A DNA stretch of 64,000 nt from Nitrospiraceae bacterium (GTDB lineage: Bacteria; Nitrospirota; Nitrospiria; Nitrospirales; UBA2166), in NCBI GenBank assembly GCA_002726235.1, contig PBSN01000007.1, forward strand, positions 62,001-126,000, in the 5' to 3' direction. Each line of letters starts with the position of its first letter. The stretch's first letter is position 1. Positions 29,020-41,341 of this stretch are shown here, piece after piece. Below the pieces are notes generated by a model. The model was not told where the DNA came from and did not search any database. It was given only the letters and a program-made list of their open reading frames with translations. A program made the translations under genes and the position numbers.

Positions 29020-29286
29020 GTGGAACCAGGAACAATTATCATCGCAGCAACGGCCGTTTCTATTGGTCTTATTCTCGGGGCCGCGGGGCTTGGCTCTGCC
29101 ATTGGGTGGGGACTGATTACTGCAAAAGCCCTCGAAGGAATTGCACGACAACCTGAAATGCGGCCGCAGCTTCTCTTTAATATGTTTATTTTTGCGGGAC
29201 TCATGGAGTCCTTCCCGTTTATTGTCATGGCCTTTGCTCTCTGGTTTCTCTTCGCCAATCCGTTTATGCTGCAATTGGCGGGATGA
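29020..29286 (+). CDS. atpE: F0 subunit c
   Basis: Glycine-zipper helix, ARQPE loop and GLMESFP carboxylate. Confidence 0.96.
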   Translation: MEPGTIIIAATAVSIGLILGAAGLGSAIGWGLITAKALEGIARQPEMRPQLLFNMFIFAGLMESFPFIVMAFALWFLFANPFMLQLAG

Positions 29287-29338
29287 ACACCATGAAATCG
29301 TAGGCAAACGCTAAGGACAAGAAAAGGCGAGGATAATT

Positions 29339-29824
29339 GTGGAACTGAATTTGACTGTTTTTGGGCAATGGATAACATTTTTCCTGCTCCTTTTTCTGCT
29401 GACAAAATTTCTCTATGCCCCTTTAAGCAGGGTGATGAAGAACAGGACAGCCAAAATCCAAGAGGGGTTAGATGCTGCTGAAAAAGCTCGTCACGATCTG
29501 GCAGAGGCTAAAGCATTCTATGAAGCTCAACAGGTGAAGGCTAAAACGGAAGCCCAGGAGATCATCCAAAAGGCCCAACATCGAGCCGGAGCGCTCAAGG
29601 AAGAGTTTGTTGCTCAAGCCAAAGAAGAATCCAACCGTATTATCCAGAAGGCGCGTGAAGATGTTCAGCTTGAATGGGAAAAAGCCCGGATGGAACTCAA
29701 GCGGGAAATGGCTGACATCATTTTCATTGCCACCGGAAAGGTTCTTGGGGAAACCATCGATCGGGATCGTCACATGGCGCTTGTCACGGATGTGGTTGAA
29801 AATGTAAAGGTCGACGGTGTCTGA
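29339..29824 (+). CDS. atpF: F0 subunit b
   Basis: N-terminal TM (LNLTVFGQ..KFLYAPL) followed by a coiled coil. Confidence 0.93.
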   Translation: MELNLTVFGQWITFFLLLFLLTKFLYAPLSRVMKNRTAKIQEGLDAAEKARHDLAEAKAFYEAQQVKAKTEAQEIIQKAQHRAGALKEEFVAQAKEESNRIIQKAREDVQLEWEKARMELKREMADIIFIATGKVLGETIDRDRHMALVTDVVENVKVDGV

Positions 29825-30362
29825 CCATAGAGCCACAAATCGATACGCTGATGCTATCTATCAGCTTGCTAAGGAAAAAGGGGAAGAATCGCTTTGGAAT
29901 GAAGAATTGGGTAAAGCTATGGCTGTTCTTCATTCAACAAAGGTTGTTCAGATTCTCTCGCATCCCAAACTTGATCTTTCCAAAAAATGGGATGTGCTTG
30001 AGTCGTTTTTTGGAGATGGCAGGGCCATTCCTCTTCGAAAACCAACGCTCAATCTCGTGAAACTTCTTCTCCAGAATCACCGAATCTCTCTTATTGCAGC
30101 GATCCGTGAAAAATTTCAGGTTTTCTGGGAAAGAGATCAAGGAACGGTTTCTGTTCGATTGACTACGGCCGTTTCGTTGACATCTGAGGAACAAGGAACC
30201 ATGAAAGCAATACTGGAGGCATCTTTAGGCAAGACTGTCCGTTTAGACCAAATAGTAGATCTCTCTATCTTGGGAGGAGCGGTTATTCAGATTGAAGACC
30301 AAATGATTGATGGAAGTCTCCAGGCGAAAATGAGGATTATGCGGGAAGAATTGGTAGCCTAA
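29817..30362 (+). CDS. atpH: F1 delta subunit
   Basis: RYADAI and VDLSILGG..IDGSL. Confidence 0.92.
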   Translation: MSDHRATNRYADAIYQLAKEKGEESLWNEELGKAMAVLHSTKVVQILSHPKLDLSKKWDVLESFFGDGRAIPLRKPTLNLVKLLLQNHRISLIAAIREKFQVFWERDQGTVSVRLTTAVSLTSEEQGTMKAILEASLGKTVRLDQIVDLSILGGAVIQIEDQMIDGSLQAKMRIMREELVA

Positions 30363-30412
30363 AGGAGCCACCCGGCGTTATCAGAAACGACTCTAGATAG
30401 AAGGGATTTTTC

Positions 30413-31921
30413 ATGTCCATCAAGACTTCAGAGATCAGTTCAATAATCAAACAGCAGATCGAAAACCTGGATGTTCCTCTTCTTTCATCCGATACCGGGG
30501 TTATTATTGCAGTGGGAGATGGAATCGCCCGTATTTCAGGACTCAAAGGAGTTATGGCCAGTGAAATGTTGGAATTTCCTGGAGGAACCACGGGCATGGC
30601 GCTCAACCTAGAGGAAGATAGTGTAGGAGCGGTCATTCTTGGAGCGTATGAGCATCTGAAAGAAGGTGATCAGGTCAAGACTACTGGAAAAATTATGGAG
30701 GTTCCTGTAGGAGATGCTCTCATTGGCCGTGTGGTAAATGGAATTGGCAAACCTATTGATGCGAAAGGACCCATTCACGCCACTTCTCACAGTCCCGTAG
30801 AGAAAATTGCTCCAGGCGTGATTGCTAGACAGTCGGTCAGTACTCCTCTCCAGACTGGGATCAAAGCCATTGACACGATGATTCCAATTGGAAGAGGGCA
30901 GAGGGAGTTAATCATCGGGGATCGGCAAACAGGCAAAACCGCGATTGCTATTGATACCATCATCAATCAAAAAGGGAAAAACTGTATCTGTGTCTACGTT
31001 GGTGTTGGCCAAAAGGCGTCGAGTGTTGCGCAAGTGGTGACAGTTCTACAGGAACATGGGGCGATGGAATATACGATTGTGGTTGCAGCCAATGCAAGTG
31101 ATCCTGCCTCAATGCAATATATTGCGCCTTATGCTGGATGTGCCATGGGAGAATATTTTCGAGATAATGCCAAAGAAGCCTTGATTGTTTATGATGATCT
31201 GACCAAACATGCCTGGGCATATCGTCAGATTTCTCTGTTGCTGAGAAGACCGCCAGCCCGTGAGGCTTATCCGGGGGACGTTTTCTACCTCCATTCCAGA
31301 CTGCTAGAACGGGCTGCCCGTCTTAGTCCTGAATTTGGAGGGGGCTCATTGACGGCGCTTCCCATTATCGAGACCCAGGCTGCTGATGTGTCTGCGTATA
31401 TTCCAACCAATGTTATTTCTATTACTGATGGGCAGATCTATTTAGAAACGGATCTTTTTTATGCTGGGATTCGACCAGCTATTAATCCTGGGTTGTCGGT
31501 GTCACGTGTGGGAGGGGCAGCTCAAATTAAGGGAATGAAACAGGTTGCTGGAAAACTTCGTTTGACGTTGGCTCAGTTTCGGGAGCTGGCAGCCTTTGCC
31601 CAGTTTGCCTCAGACTTGGATAAAACAACCAAGGCTCAGATTGATGTGGGGATGCGGGTAACGGAGCTTCTGAAACAACCTCAATACAGCCCTATGGATG
31701 TAGAAAATCAAATTATGGTTGTGTTTGCTGTAATCAATGGGTTTATGGATGATGTTGCTGTCGAAAAAGTTAGTGACTTTGAAGAAGCCTTCCTTTCGTA
31801 TATGAAGGCAACACATCCTGATATCGGGCAAAAAATTTCCTCTGAAAAAGTCATTAGTGATGAAACACGTGAAGCCATGAAAAAAGCATTACAAGACTTT
31901 AAGTCAACCGCAGCCTTTTAA
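30413..31921 (+). CDS. atpA: F1 alpha subunit
   Basis: [33 protein letters not shown] and SVSRVGG. Confidence 0.98.
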   Translation: MSIKTSEISSIIKQQIENLDVPLLSSDTGVIIAVGDGIARISGLKGVMASEMLEFPGGTTGMALNLEEDSVGAVILGAYEHLKEGDQVKTTGKIMEVPVGDALIGRVVNGIGKPIDAKGPIHATSHSPVEKIAPGVIARQSVSTPLQTGIKAIDTMIPIGRGQRELIIGDRQTGKTAIAIDTIINQKGKNCICVYVGVGQKASSVAQVVTVLQEHGAMEYTIVVAANASDPASMQYIAPYAGCAMGEYFRDNAKEALIVYDDLTKHAWAYRQISLLLRRPPAREAYPGDVFYLHSRLLERAARLSPEFGGGSLTALPIIETQAADVSAYIPTNVISITDGQIYLETDLFYAGIRPAINPGLSVSRVGGAAQIKGMKQVAGKLRLTLAQFRELAAFAQFASDLDKTTKAQIDVGMRVTELLKQPQYSPMDVENQIMVVFAVINGFMDDVAVEKVSDFEEAFLSYMKATHPDIGQKISSEKVISDETREAMKKALQDFKSTAAF

Positions 31922-31929
31922 GACTAGTC

Positions 31930-32784
31930 ATGGCAACAGCGCGCGAAATCAAGAGACGTATCAAGAGTATTAAGAATACTCAGCAGATTACTAAAGCCAT
32001 GCAGATGGTTGCGGCTTCAAAGATGCGCCGAGCTCAAATTCAGGTCGTAGAAACACGGCCGTATGCGGAAAAAATAAGGGCAGTCATCAGCCACCTTGCG
32101 GAACGGCACCCAGAGTATCGACATCCATTCATTGTCCCGAGGGAGGTCAAGAGGGTTGGACTGATCGTTCTTTCAAGTGATAAAGGTTTGTGCGGACCTT
32201 TAAATAGTAATCTTTTGCGGCAAGTTCTGCATTTTGTGCGTGGACAGTCTGTTTCCACAGATCTTATTACCTTGGGGAGAAAGGGCAGAGATTTCTTGCG
32301 ACGAACTGGCCAAGCTATTTTGGCAGAGGCTACTGGGATTGTGGATAAACCAAAGCTCATTGATGTAGTTCCTGCGGTTAAGGTAGCGATGGATGAGTTT
32401 CTTCACGGTAAGCTCGATCAAGTCTTTGTAGCCTACAATGAATTTATTAATACCATGGTCCAGAAGCCTACGATTGCTCAAATTCTTCCTTGTCCGCTTC
32501 CACCTGGTGTAGTAAGGATGCAGAGCTGGGATTATATATATGAACCATCGAGTGAGAAAGTTTTGGATGGCCTTATGCCTAGGTATGTGGAATTTCTTGT
32601 TTATCAATTTCTGTTAGAAAACATTGCCAGTGAGCATAGTGCCAGAATGATTGCCATGAAGAATGCTACTGATAATGCCAAGGATATTATTTTTGATCTT
32701 AATTTAACCTATAACAAAGCTAGGCAAGCTTCTATTACTACTGCAATATCAGAGATTGCTGCCGGATCGGCGGCAGTGAGTTAA
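31930..32784 (+). CDS. atpG: F1 gamma subunit
   Basis: ITKAMQMVAASK, SDKGLCG, SEHSARMIAMKNATDNA and YNKARQASIT. Confidence 0.97.
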   Translation: MATAREIKRRIKSIKNTQQITKAMQMVAASKMRRAQIQVVETRPYAEKIRAVISHLAERHPEYRHPFIVPREVKRVGLIVLSSDKGLCGPLNSNLLRQVLHFVRGQSVSTDLITLGRKGRDFLRRTGQAILAEATGIVDKPKLIDVVPAVKVAMDEFLHGKLDQVFVAYNEFINTMVQKPTIAQILPCPLPPGVVRMQSWDYIYEPSSEKVLDGLMPRYVEFLVYQFLLENIASEHSARMIAMKNATDNAKDIIFDLNLTYNKARQASITTAISEIAAGSAAVS

Positions 32785-32816
32785 CATGTTTAGGCGTGAG
32801 TTATGGGTCACGGTAA

Positions 32817-34232
<1,416 letters not shown>

Positions 34233-34235
34233 TAA

Positions 34236-34682
34236 ATGGCCACCATTAAATTAGATATCGTAACCGCTGAAAAACTTGTCCTCTCTGATGAGGCAGACTT
34301 TGTGGTTGCTCCGGGGATTATGGGAGAACTTGGAATCTTTCCCAAACACGCTCCCCTGCTGGCCACTTTGGATGTTGGGGAGGTTCGAGTGACAAAGGCA
34401 GAGGAGGTGTATTCTTTCTTTATTAGCGGCGGGTTCATTGAAATTCTTCCTGAACAGATAACAATCCTCGCGAATACGGCTGAGCGGGCGGAAGACATCG
34501 ATGAATCCAGAGCCAATGAAGCGCGAGATAGAGCCGAAATACTGATGGCTCAACAAGGAGATAATATCAGTTTTTCTCAGGCGGAAGATTCTCTTAAACG
34601 CGCAGCTGTGCGCCTAAAAGTTGTGCAAAAAAAGCGTGCGTCCCGTGGCGGTGGACTCGCCGGGACTTCTCTCGATGGTTGA
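34236..34682 (+). CDS. atpC: F1 epsilon subunit
   Basis: GELGIFPKHAPL, SGGFIEI and AEDID. Confidence 0.95.
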   Translation: MATIKLDIVTAEKLVLSDEADFVVAPGIMGELGIFPKHAPLLATLDVGEVRVTKAEEVYSFFISGGFIEILPEQITILANTAERAEDIDESRANEARDRAEILMAQQGDNISFSQAEDSLKRAAVRLKVVQKKRASRGGGLAGTSLDG

Positions 34683-34892
34683 TTTCACGCTTAACACGAT
34701 GTGGAAATGCTTCTCTCCATCAGCCTCCTAGGAGATCGTCGATAGGGGTGAGCTGTGCTGGGGATGTTTCTTGGTGAGCTTTCCCAATGGGGGTTGCCTA
34801 AAAGCCATCCCTGATCTTGAGCGCGTCAAGGTCTGCAAGGCTGACTCCAATGCGTTTCGAGAAGATGGCGAAGCGTTTTTCACGTCTTCAGC

Positions 34893-35552
34893 CTAAGCCG
34901 CCTTTCGGTTGACGCATTCAACGAGGTTCCCAAGGCCAAGGGGAGTCACGCGTTGTGTCCGAATAACCTGCATGGTTGTTCCATCTAGTACGGCCTGAAG
35001 GCCTAGGTCGGTGCGAAACCCCAAGTGCCGGCACAAGGGGGAGGCCAATTTCTCAATTGAACCAATAAATTGGTTTCCGTTACTGAAGTGGTTGAGGAAT
35101 ACGATTCTGCCGCCTGGTCGGCAAACTCGAACCATTTCTTGGATAACGGTTTTGTGGTCTGGGACTGCAGTGATAACGTATGCAGCCATAACCGCGTCGA
35201 AGCTGTTGTCCGAGAACTGCATGTTCCCTGCGTCCATATTTTCGAGAGTCACATGACTGAGGGCATGTTTCTCAACTTGCAGATGGCTGTGCTCTAGCAT
35301 CTCATTGCTCACGTCAATAGCAGTGATCGCGCAGTCTTTTCGATAGTGCGGAAGTGAAATGCCTGTCCCGACTCCGACTTCGAGAATGCGTTCGGCGCTT
35401 TGTGCATCAAGCCACCTTACCGCAATTAGACGTGGTTCATTAAAGAGTTTTCCGAAGGTGACGTCGTAAAGGTGAGCATATCTGGAATATGCACGCTCGA
35501 CTTGTGTAATGCTAAGGTAGGGGGCTGATATTTTCGACAAGTTCGTTACCAT
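34893..35552 (-). CDS. Class I SAM methyltransferase, PmtA-like (phospholipid N-methyltransferase)
   Basis: AY.RYA..YD.TFG, ILEVGVGTGISLP, YVITAVPD and RPGG.IVFLNHF. Confidence 0.8.
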   Translation of the reverse strand: MVTNLSKISAPYLSITQVERAYSRYAHLYDVTFGKLFNEPRLIAVRWLDAQSAERILEVGVGTGISLPHYRKDCAITAIDVSNEMLEHSHLQVEKHALSHVTLENMDAGNMQFSDNSFDAVMAAYVITAVPDHKTVIQEMVRVCRPGGRIVFLNHFSNGNQFIGSIEKLASPLCRHLGFRTDLGLQAVLDGTTMQVIRTQRVTPLGLGNLVECVNRKAA

Positions 35553-35688
35553 GAAGAGAGTTGTATTTCTCGAATGCAACCATTGTGCAAGGCCGCCGCA
35601 ATCTACCCAAGCACAGACGAAAAGTCAACAATTACTGTAGTTGTCATGGCGCTGTTTTGCTCACCAAACGATGATGCTCTGCAGCCTC

Positions 35689-35718
35689 TTGACAAATCAA
35701 GAGAGCGGTGCATACGAT
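35689..35718 (+). promoter_or_regulatory. Sigma70 promoter
   Basis: TTGACA-18nt-TACGAT ahead of the polyprenyl synthase gene. Confidence 0.5.
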
Positions 35719-35724
35719 TCGCCG

Positions 35725-36732
35725 ATGATAAGCGATTCACACGTTAGCAGCCTACAGACCATGGCCGATGTCTGGGATTGTTATCACTGGGATCTTGCTG
35801 CAGTCGAGGATCAAATTCTCTCCAACATTGGCTCTGATGTGCCTCTTGTTAGGGAAATAGCAACGTTCGTTCTCCAGGGGGAGGGTAAGCGAGTTCGGCC
35901 GCTCCTGTTGCTTCTGTCCGCTCGCCTGTGTGGCTGTCAAGGTCATGAGATGCATGCCCTCGCCAGTTTTGTCGAATATATCCATACCGCAACGTTGTTG
36001 CATGATGATGTGGTTGATGATGCGGGGTTTCGGCGCGGTAAAGAAGCGGCGCATAGACTCTGGGGAAATCAATCAAGCATTCTCGTTGGGGATTACCTCT
36101 ACACGAAGGCAGTGCGGTCGATCGTTGATTTTCGCATTCATGAATTGAATTCTGTCATTGCGGAGTCTGTTCAGCGGATGACAGAAGGTGAGATTATGCA
36201 AATCTCGCTCAATTGCCATAAAAGCGTATTGTCGCAAACCGAATATATCCAAATGGTTGAGCGCAAAACAGGCGCGCTGATTGCGGCGGCATGTCAAATG
36301 GGTGCCATTCTTGCGGATGCCGATGCATCGGATCAGGAGGCGCTTTTTCAATTCGGCCTACTGCTGGGGACGGCATATCAGATTGTCGACGATATGCTTG
36401 ATTATGTTGGTCAGGGAGATCGGTTAGGTAAGACACTCGGAAACGATATACGGCAGGGGAAAATTACGCTCCCTCTCTTGCACCTTCTGCATCATGTTGA
36501 TGAAATACGACGAGGTGACGTTCAGGCGGTGCTTGAACAATCGCATGTGGATCATGGCGATATTGAGCGGATTGTAGCACTTATGAACGAGTACGGGTCT
36601 GTCCAGTACTCAATGACGATTGCCCGCGAGTACGTTGACAAAGCGAAATCGGCACTTGTTGGATTTGGTGAGTCAACGGCTAAACAGGCATTGTACATTG
36701 CGGCAAATTATATGACGACTCGTGATCACTGA
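35725..36732 (+). CDS. Polyprenyl diphosphate synthase (IspB/HepT family)
   Basis: GKRVRP, HTATLLHDDVVD..RRG, QIVDDMLD and GKITLP. Start 35725 or 35761. Confidence 0.93.
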   Translation: MISDSHVSSLQTMADVWDCYHWDLAAVEDQILSNIGSDVPLVREIATFVLQGEGKRVRPLLLLLSARLCGCQGHEMHALASFVEYIHTATLLHDDVVDDAGFRRGKEAAHRLWGNQSSILVGDYLYTKAVRSIVDFRIHELNSVIAESVQRMTEGEIMQISLNCHKSVLSQTEYIQMVERKTGALIAAACQMGAILADADASDQEALFQFGLLLGTAYQIVDDMLDYVGQGDRLGKTLGNDIRQGKITLPLLHLLHHVDEIRRGDVQAVLEQSHVDHGDIERIVALMNEYGSVQYSMTIAREYVDKAKSALVGFGESTAKQALYIAANYMTTRDH

Positions 36733-36789
36733 AACATCCTAAAGTCGTTCTGATTTCCCCGTTCCTCAGGTTGTGGTTCTTCTCTCCCC

Positions 36790-37308
36790 TTATTTCTTGC
36801 GTTTTTTTCGCGGCGTGCCTCCATGCTTTGCTCGGTTCAATCGCTTGCGTCGTTGCGTCGTAAACAGATAGATCCCACTTCCGATGATGATTATCGCAGT
36901 GAGGGTAAGGAATGTGGGTGATTCCCATAATGGGGTTGCCACGCCAACGGCTCCAAAATGCACTTCGACTTCGCGTTCATCTTTCACATTATCTGGGTCA
37001 AATTTGACCTGTACTTCTTTGGTCCGTGTTCCCGTTGAGACCTCGAATTTTCTTCCGACATCCTCGCTGTGAAGATGGAGACGTATGCTATAGAATCCGG
37101 TGGGTCCTGATGTTGCCTTTCCAAGGGTGCCACCTGTGGTGTCTTTCACCACAACGTTTTTCCCGCTCTGGGCTTCCCCTTGGTCATCCCTCACGTATCC
37201 CGCAATCGTGAACCGATGGTCGATCTCATGCAAGGCATATGCCGTATTCGAGAACAGCGTTACAAAAAATAGTATGGTGCATACTCGTGGAAGCATCGCG
37301 AATATCAT
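36790..37308 (-). CDS. Exported, C-terminally membrane-anchored protein (transthyretin/carboxypeptidase-regulatory-like fold)
   Basis: Signal peptide AYA-LHEIDHRF; GFYSIRLHLH; C-terminal TM and basic tail; GGAGG RBS. Confidence 0.75.
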   Translation of the reverse strand: MIFAMLPRVCTILFFVTLFSNTAYALHEIDHRFTIAGYVRDDQGEAQSGKNVVVKDTTGGTLGKATSGPTGFYSIRLHLHSEDVGRKFEVSTGTRTKEVQVKFDPDNVKDEREVEVHFGAVGVATPLWESPTFLTLTAIIIIGSGIYLFTTQRRKRLNRAKHGGTPRKKRKK

Positions 37309-37469
37309 TTGTCCTCCCTCACCACTCAGCGGTTGTTAGGGTTCCTCATTATTCCTCTACTACGCTTCAAAATCACCGTCGGTTAGCCAGGTTCCGAGAG
37401 ATCAATATGTCCATGTGAATCATGAATATTGACAAGTGAAGTCGTGTTATGCAAGATGTGTGGTCCGTC

Positions 37470-37994
37470 ATGATGCGATTTTTGCGTGCTCAGCACCTAG
37501 TATACATTGCTGGCTTGGCCCTCGGTGTTTGGGGTGTGTTTGTCCCCTCGTCGGAGGTGTTCGCAACCCATGAAAATGATCATCGGTTTATTGTTGAAGG
37601 GTATATCACAGATTCGAATGGGAACGGGCTACCCAATACTAAAGTGTTCGTTAGAGCGGAGGTCTTGGAGACAGGGATCACGGCATTCGCTGATCAGGCA
37701 GGATTTTATTCTGCGCTTCTCCATCTGCATGATGCGGATGCGGGCAAGGCTGTTACCGTCACGGCACTTGGAACGACCGAGCATATTGCTGCCGATTTCG
37801 ATCCGGAGGACAAGGAGACCGAGCGAAAGGCGATCGTTAATATCGTGCATGCTGTTCCTCCCGTACAGTATCAAAATGATGCATCCGACAGTAGTGTTTA
37901 TTTGATTTGGGGACTTGTTGTTCTTATCGTGGGAATTTCATTCGGTGTTTTCACGCGAAAATTACTACGTCGACGGAAGGCTCCATTGGCGTAG
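37470..37994 (+). CDS. Paralog of the divergent upstream exported membrane-anchored protein
   Basis: VFA-THENDHRF; GFYSALLHLH; FDPED..ER; C-terminal TM. Start 37449 or 37470. Confidence 0.75.
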   Translation: MMRFLRAQHLVYIAGLALGVWGVFVPSSEVFATHENDHRFIVEGYITDSNGNGLPNTKVFVRAEVLETGITAFADQAGFYSALLHLHDADAGKAVTVTALGTTEHIAADFDPEDKETERKAIVNIVHAVPPVQYQNDASDSSVYLIWGLVVLIVGISFGVFTRKLLRRRKAPLA

Positions 37995-38057
37995 TTATAT
38001 TTAGCGTCCTGAGCGATTTTTACTTAAGGACAGTACACTCTTATTACTAGGGGAAAG

Positions 38058-38717
38058 GTGGAGATTGTGACACGATTGGCGAAAGATGGTGGTACAAAAC
38101 AATGGTATTTCTATGTTCTCATGATGATTGCGATCTTGGCACTTACTGCCTACGTGGGATGCTCGAAATCATCTGAGGAGGGACCTGCGTCAGCGGCAAA
38201 ACTCATTCCGCCACCAGAGCCGCCGCCGGCTTATGCTGATAAACATATGCCTGAAGGGTGGTGGAGCGATCCGGATATTATTGAGCAGGGGCGTCAACTT
38301 TACATCGGTGCGGAAAATATCGATGTCAATTGTGCCGCATGCCATGGGAAAAATGGCAAACCGGTCAAGAAAGGAGCGAGGGATTTCAGGCAGAAGGAAC
38401 GAATGCAGATGTACTCTGACAGCCAGTGGTTCTGGCGTGTCTCGGAGGGTGTGAAGGGCACCAAAATGCCCGCTTGGAAAAAGAAACTTAAGAGCGAAGA
38501 AGATCGGTGGAAAATTATTGCCTATGAACGTACGTTTGGTTTGGATGGTCTTGGCTGGGATGTTGCACGCGCAGAGTGGGTTCCGGTTGCCGAACTTGGC
38601 AAACCGGTCGTAGAGACCGAAGTGGTTCCTGGTGCGGAGGGGGTAGTGCCCGCCAGTGATCCTATTGAAGGGGATGCCCCAGCCTCACACGACGCCTCAG
38701 GACAGAGCGAGGGCTAG
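38058..38717 (+). CDS. Monoheme cytochrome c lipoprotein
   Basis: Lipobox-like YVGC, CAACH and axial Met in TKMPAW. Confidence 0.88.
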   Translation: MEIVTRLAKDGGTKQWYFYVLMMIAILALTAYVGCSKSSEEGPASAAKLIPPPEPPPAYADKHMPEGWWSDPDIIEQGRQLYIGAENIDVNCAACHGKNGKPVKKGARDFRQKERMQMYSDSQWFWRVSEGVKGTKMPAWKKKLKSEEDRWKIIAYERTFGLDGLGWDVARAEWVPVAELGKPVVETEVVPGAEGVVPASDPIEGDAPASHDASGQSEG

Positions 38718-38719
38718 CC

Positions 38720-40486
38720 ATGAATCGATTGCGGGCGATAGCCGGCCTCACTGGGCTTCTTGTTCTCAGCGCTGCCGCGGCCTATGCGCAAGTTCCTGAC
38801 CCTCAACCGGTTGATCTGCCGTACGGAGGTAATCGCACTTGGACGTGGGTCGCCGCCCAGTTACACATTCTGTTTGCTGCGTTTATTCTGGGCGCCCCGA
38901 TTTTCGTGGTGATTTGCGAATGGATCGGGATGCGTGGCAAAGATCCGCGGTATGAACGGTTAGCCAAAGAAGTTACCAAGGTCACCGCGATCTTGTATAG
39001 CATGACCGCCCTAACCGGTGCATTGTTTATTTTCGTGTTGCTGGTTGCGTATCCGCAGTTCACGAGTTGGTTTGTCTCCCGTTTCTCACCAATCTTTGCA
39101 TTTATTTATCCCGGGCTGTTTATCGCGGAAACGATTGTTCTCTATTTGTATTGGTACACCTGGGATGAGTGGCAAGGTCCGAAAAAGGCAAGGCATGTCG
39201 CATTGGGCGTTCTGCTTAACATCATAGGAACGACCACATTAATTGTCATCAACGGGCCGACTTCTTTTATGAATACGCCGGCACGGGCAGCTGGTGATGT
39301 GGACATGGACCTGAAAACCTTTGTCTTCGAACAGGCATCGGTGTTTGAGTTAGTCTACAATTTCAGCTGGATTCCACTGAATATCCACCGCTTTATTGGG
39401 AACGTCGTCTTTGGGGGCTTTATTGCCGGGCTCATTGCCGCCTACATGTATATGGCTGCGAAGTCTGATGAAGACCGGGCCTACTACGATTGGATGGGTT
39501 TCGTAGGGAATCTCATTGGTGTGGGGGCGTTGTTGCTGTTGCCGTTTGCCGGCTACCTTTTGGCCTTTGAGTTCTTCGAATATGACGCCTCGGTGGGTCC
39601 GTACATGATGGCCGATCAGCTCTCGATGTTTTTCGAAATGCAAGGCGCATTGGTAGGGCTCATCTTTTTGGCGAGTAACTACTATATTTGGCTTAGTATG
39701 AAACGTATTGAAGGGTTGGAGGATGCCCGCGGCACTATCGGGATGCCGTTGATGATGATTCTGTTTCCCATCGTCATGCTTCCAGCACTACAATTGGCTC
39801 CGCTGTACGAGGGAGTGATCAGTTGGAGTGTGTTCTTTGGTTTGTTGCTTGCAACGCTCGTGCTTCCACCAATCATTGCGAAAATTCCCCCCTTTCGAAA
39901 ATGGACGGTATCGCCAACGGCAATTATCAAGTTGGGCTTTCTTATGGTGATTTTTGGAAATGCGATTTGGATGACACCACATGCGTTTGTGGCGACACAA
40001 GCCTTGGCTACACATGAAACGGAACTTCCCGATGTCGGGTTTACGATTGGGGCGTTCGCGTATTCGACGATGGATCTTGCTCTCATGCCAACGAAGAATG
40101 TGGCGGTGGCTCTCATTGTTCTGGTGACCATCATTAACTTTGTGATCTACAACCGAGCAATCCGGCGTGGAAGGATTCAATGGGGAAAGATTGATTTCAT
40201 TTCCCAATTCGTTTTGATTTTTCTTGCGTTCAGCGCCATTTACACCATGTGTCTGATGGGGACGGTTCGTTCGCTGGTCAGGAAGTATTTCCATGTCTAC
40301 AATGTCCTGCCTGACTTTACTGCACACTCGTTTACTCCCACCTTGGTCTATTCAGGTTACCTGTGGATTGCGATTACGCTGACATTCTACGCGGTGGTCA
40401 GTTTCGCAATTTGGGTCAGTTTAAAACCGGGAGGTGAGAAGGCAAAAACATCCGCTCAAAGCGGAACCCCTGAGTTGGCAACTTAG
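38720..40486 (+). CDS. Cytochrome bd-like oxidase subunit I (CydA-like, Nitrospira type)
   Basis: AQLHILFAAFILG, FIAET, SFMNTP and NIHRFIGN; many TMs; no cydB adjacent. Confidence 0.85.
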   Translation: MNRLRAIAGLTGLLVLSAAAAYAQVPDPQPVDLPYGGNRTWTWVAAQLHILFAAFILGAPIFVVICEWIGMRGKDPRYERLAKEVTKVTAILYSMTALTGALFIFVLLVAYPQFTSWFVSRFSPIFAFIYPGLFIAETIVLYLYWYTWDEWQGPKKARHVALGVLLNIIGTTTLIVINGPTSFMNTPARAAGDVDMDLKTFVFEQASVFELVYNFSWIPLNIHRFIGNVVFGGFIAGLIAAYMYMAAKSDEDRAYYDWMGFVGNLIGVGALLLLPFAGYLLAFEFFEYDASVGPYMMADQLSMFFEMQGALVGLIFLASNYYIWLSMKRIEGLEDARGTIGMPLMMILFPIVMLPALQLAPLYEGVISWSVFFGLLLATLVLPPIIAKIPPFRKWTVSPTAIIKLGFLMVIFGNAIWMTPHAFVATQALATHETELPDVGFTIGAFAYSTMDLALMPTKNVAVALIVLVTIINFVIYNRAIRRGRIQWGKIDFISQFVLIFLAFSAIYTMCLMGTVRSLVRKYFHVYNVLPDFTAHSFTPTLVYSGYLWIAITLTFYAVVSFAIWVSLKPGGEKAKTSAQSGTPELAT

Positions 40487-40523
40487 GCATAGACCAAATA
40501 ATCTGACGGAGAGTTTGCACGAA

Positions 40524-41333
40524 ATGTTGTGGTTTAACATCTTCAAGAAGACATTCTTCGGGATCCTGCTGGCATTGATTGTGTGGTGGGTCGCGGGGGC
40601 CATGCACTTCCCATTTGTGTTTCAGGTGATGTTCATGCTGTACGTGCTGCTCGGCGTGGTCGTTTTTATTCTCCTTGATGCGCCTCCCATGGCACCAATG
40701 TCTGGGGGCATGGCATTTGTTGGACTCGTTGTTTTCTATCTTGGAGTATCCATGTTCTTTATTGGCGGGTCTGCGGTGCTTCCTCAGTACGATCCTAATG
40801 TTGAGAAGGGGAAAATCCAGAAGCTGCTTGCGCCGCGACTTGCCAAAACCGAATATGGACAACAGCTAGCACTTCAGAAACAAATCGATGCGCTTAACCA
40901 GCAAGCGGAATCAATTATGAATCGTTTGAGTGTTATTGGGGGAACGGCTGTTGCAGCTGTTGGCCCGGTGGCAGTCGAGTCAGGTCCACTGGACCTCGCG
41001 TCATTTGGCGATGATCACGTTGCTGCGGGAAAAGAGGTTTATAACCTGTACGAATGCTACAACTGCCACAAGTTAGGTGGGAAGGGTGGGACCAAGAAGC
41101 GCGGACCGCATATGGATAATCTTGGAAATGTGCTCACCAAGGAGCAGATCAAACAGAAGATTTTTGAACCAATGGCGTTTTACTCTGAAGGGTTTGAGAA
41201 GGAATATAAAAAGGGGCTGATGCCTAAAAAGTACAAAGAGCTGATGACAGATGGTGAACTTGAGGTGTTGGCCACCTACTTGGTGACGCTTAAGGATACA
41301 AGTGTGAAGACTCCGAAACCGATATTCCCCTAG
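40524..41333 (+). CDS. Membrane-anchored cytochrome c
   Basis: Three N-terminal TMs, CYNCH, RGPHMD and GLMP. Confidence 0.85.
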   Translation: MLWFNIFKKTFFGILLALIVWWVAGAMHFPFVFQVMFMLYVLLGVVVFILLDAPPMAPMSGGMAFVGLVVFYLGVSMFFIGGSAVLPQYDPNVEKGKIQKLLAPRLAKTEYGQQLALQKQIDALNQQAESIMNRLSVIGGTAVAAVGPVAVESGPLDLASFGDDHVAAGKEVYNLYECYNCHKLGGKGGTKKRGPHMDNLGNVLTKEQIKQKIFEPMAFYSEGFEKEYKKGLMPKKYKELMTDGELEVLATYLVTLKDTSVKTPKPIFP

Positions 41334-41341
41334 GGTAAAGT

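Noticed and set aside
29020..29286. Na+-translocating c ring (ES motif)
   Set aside because: The helix-1 position that is Gln/Glu in Na+ rings is Trp here (AIGWG), which is consistent with H+ coupling.
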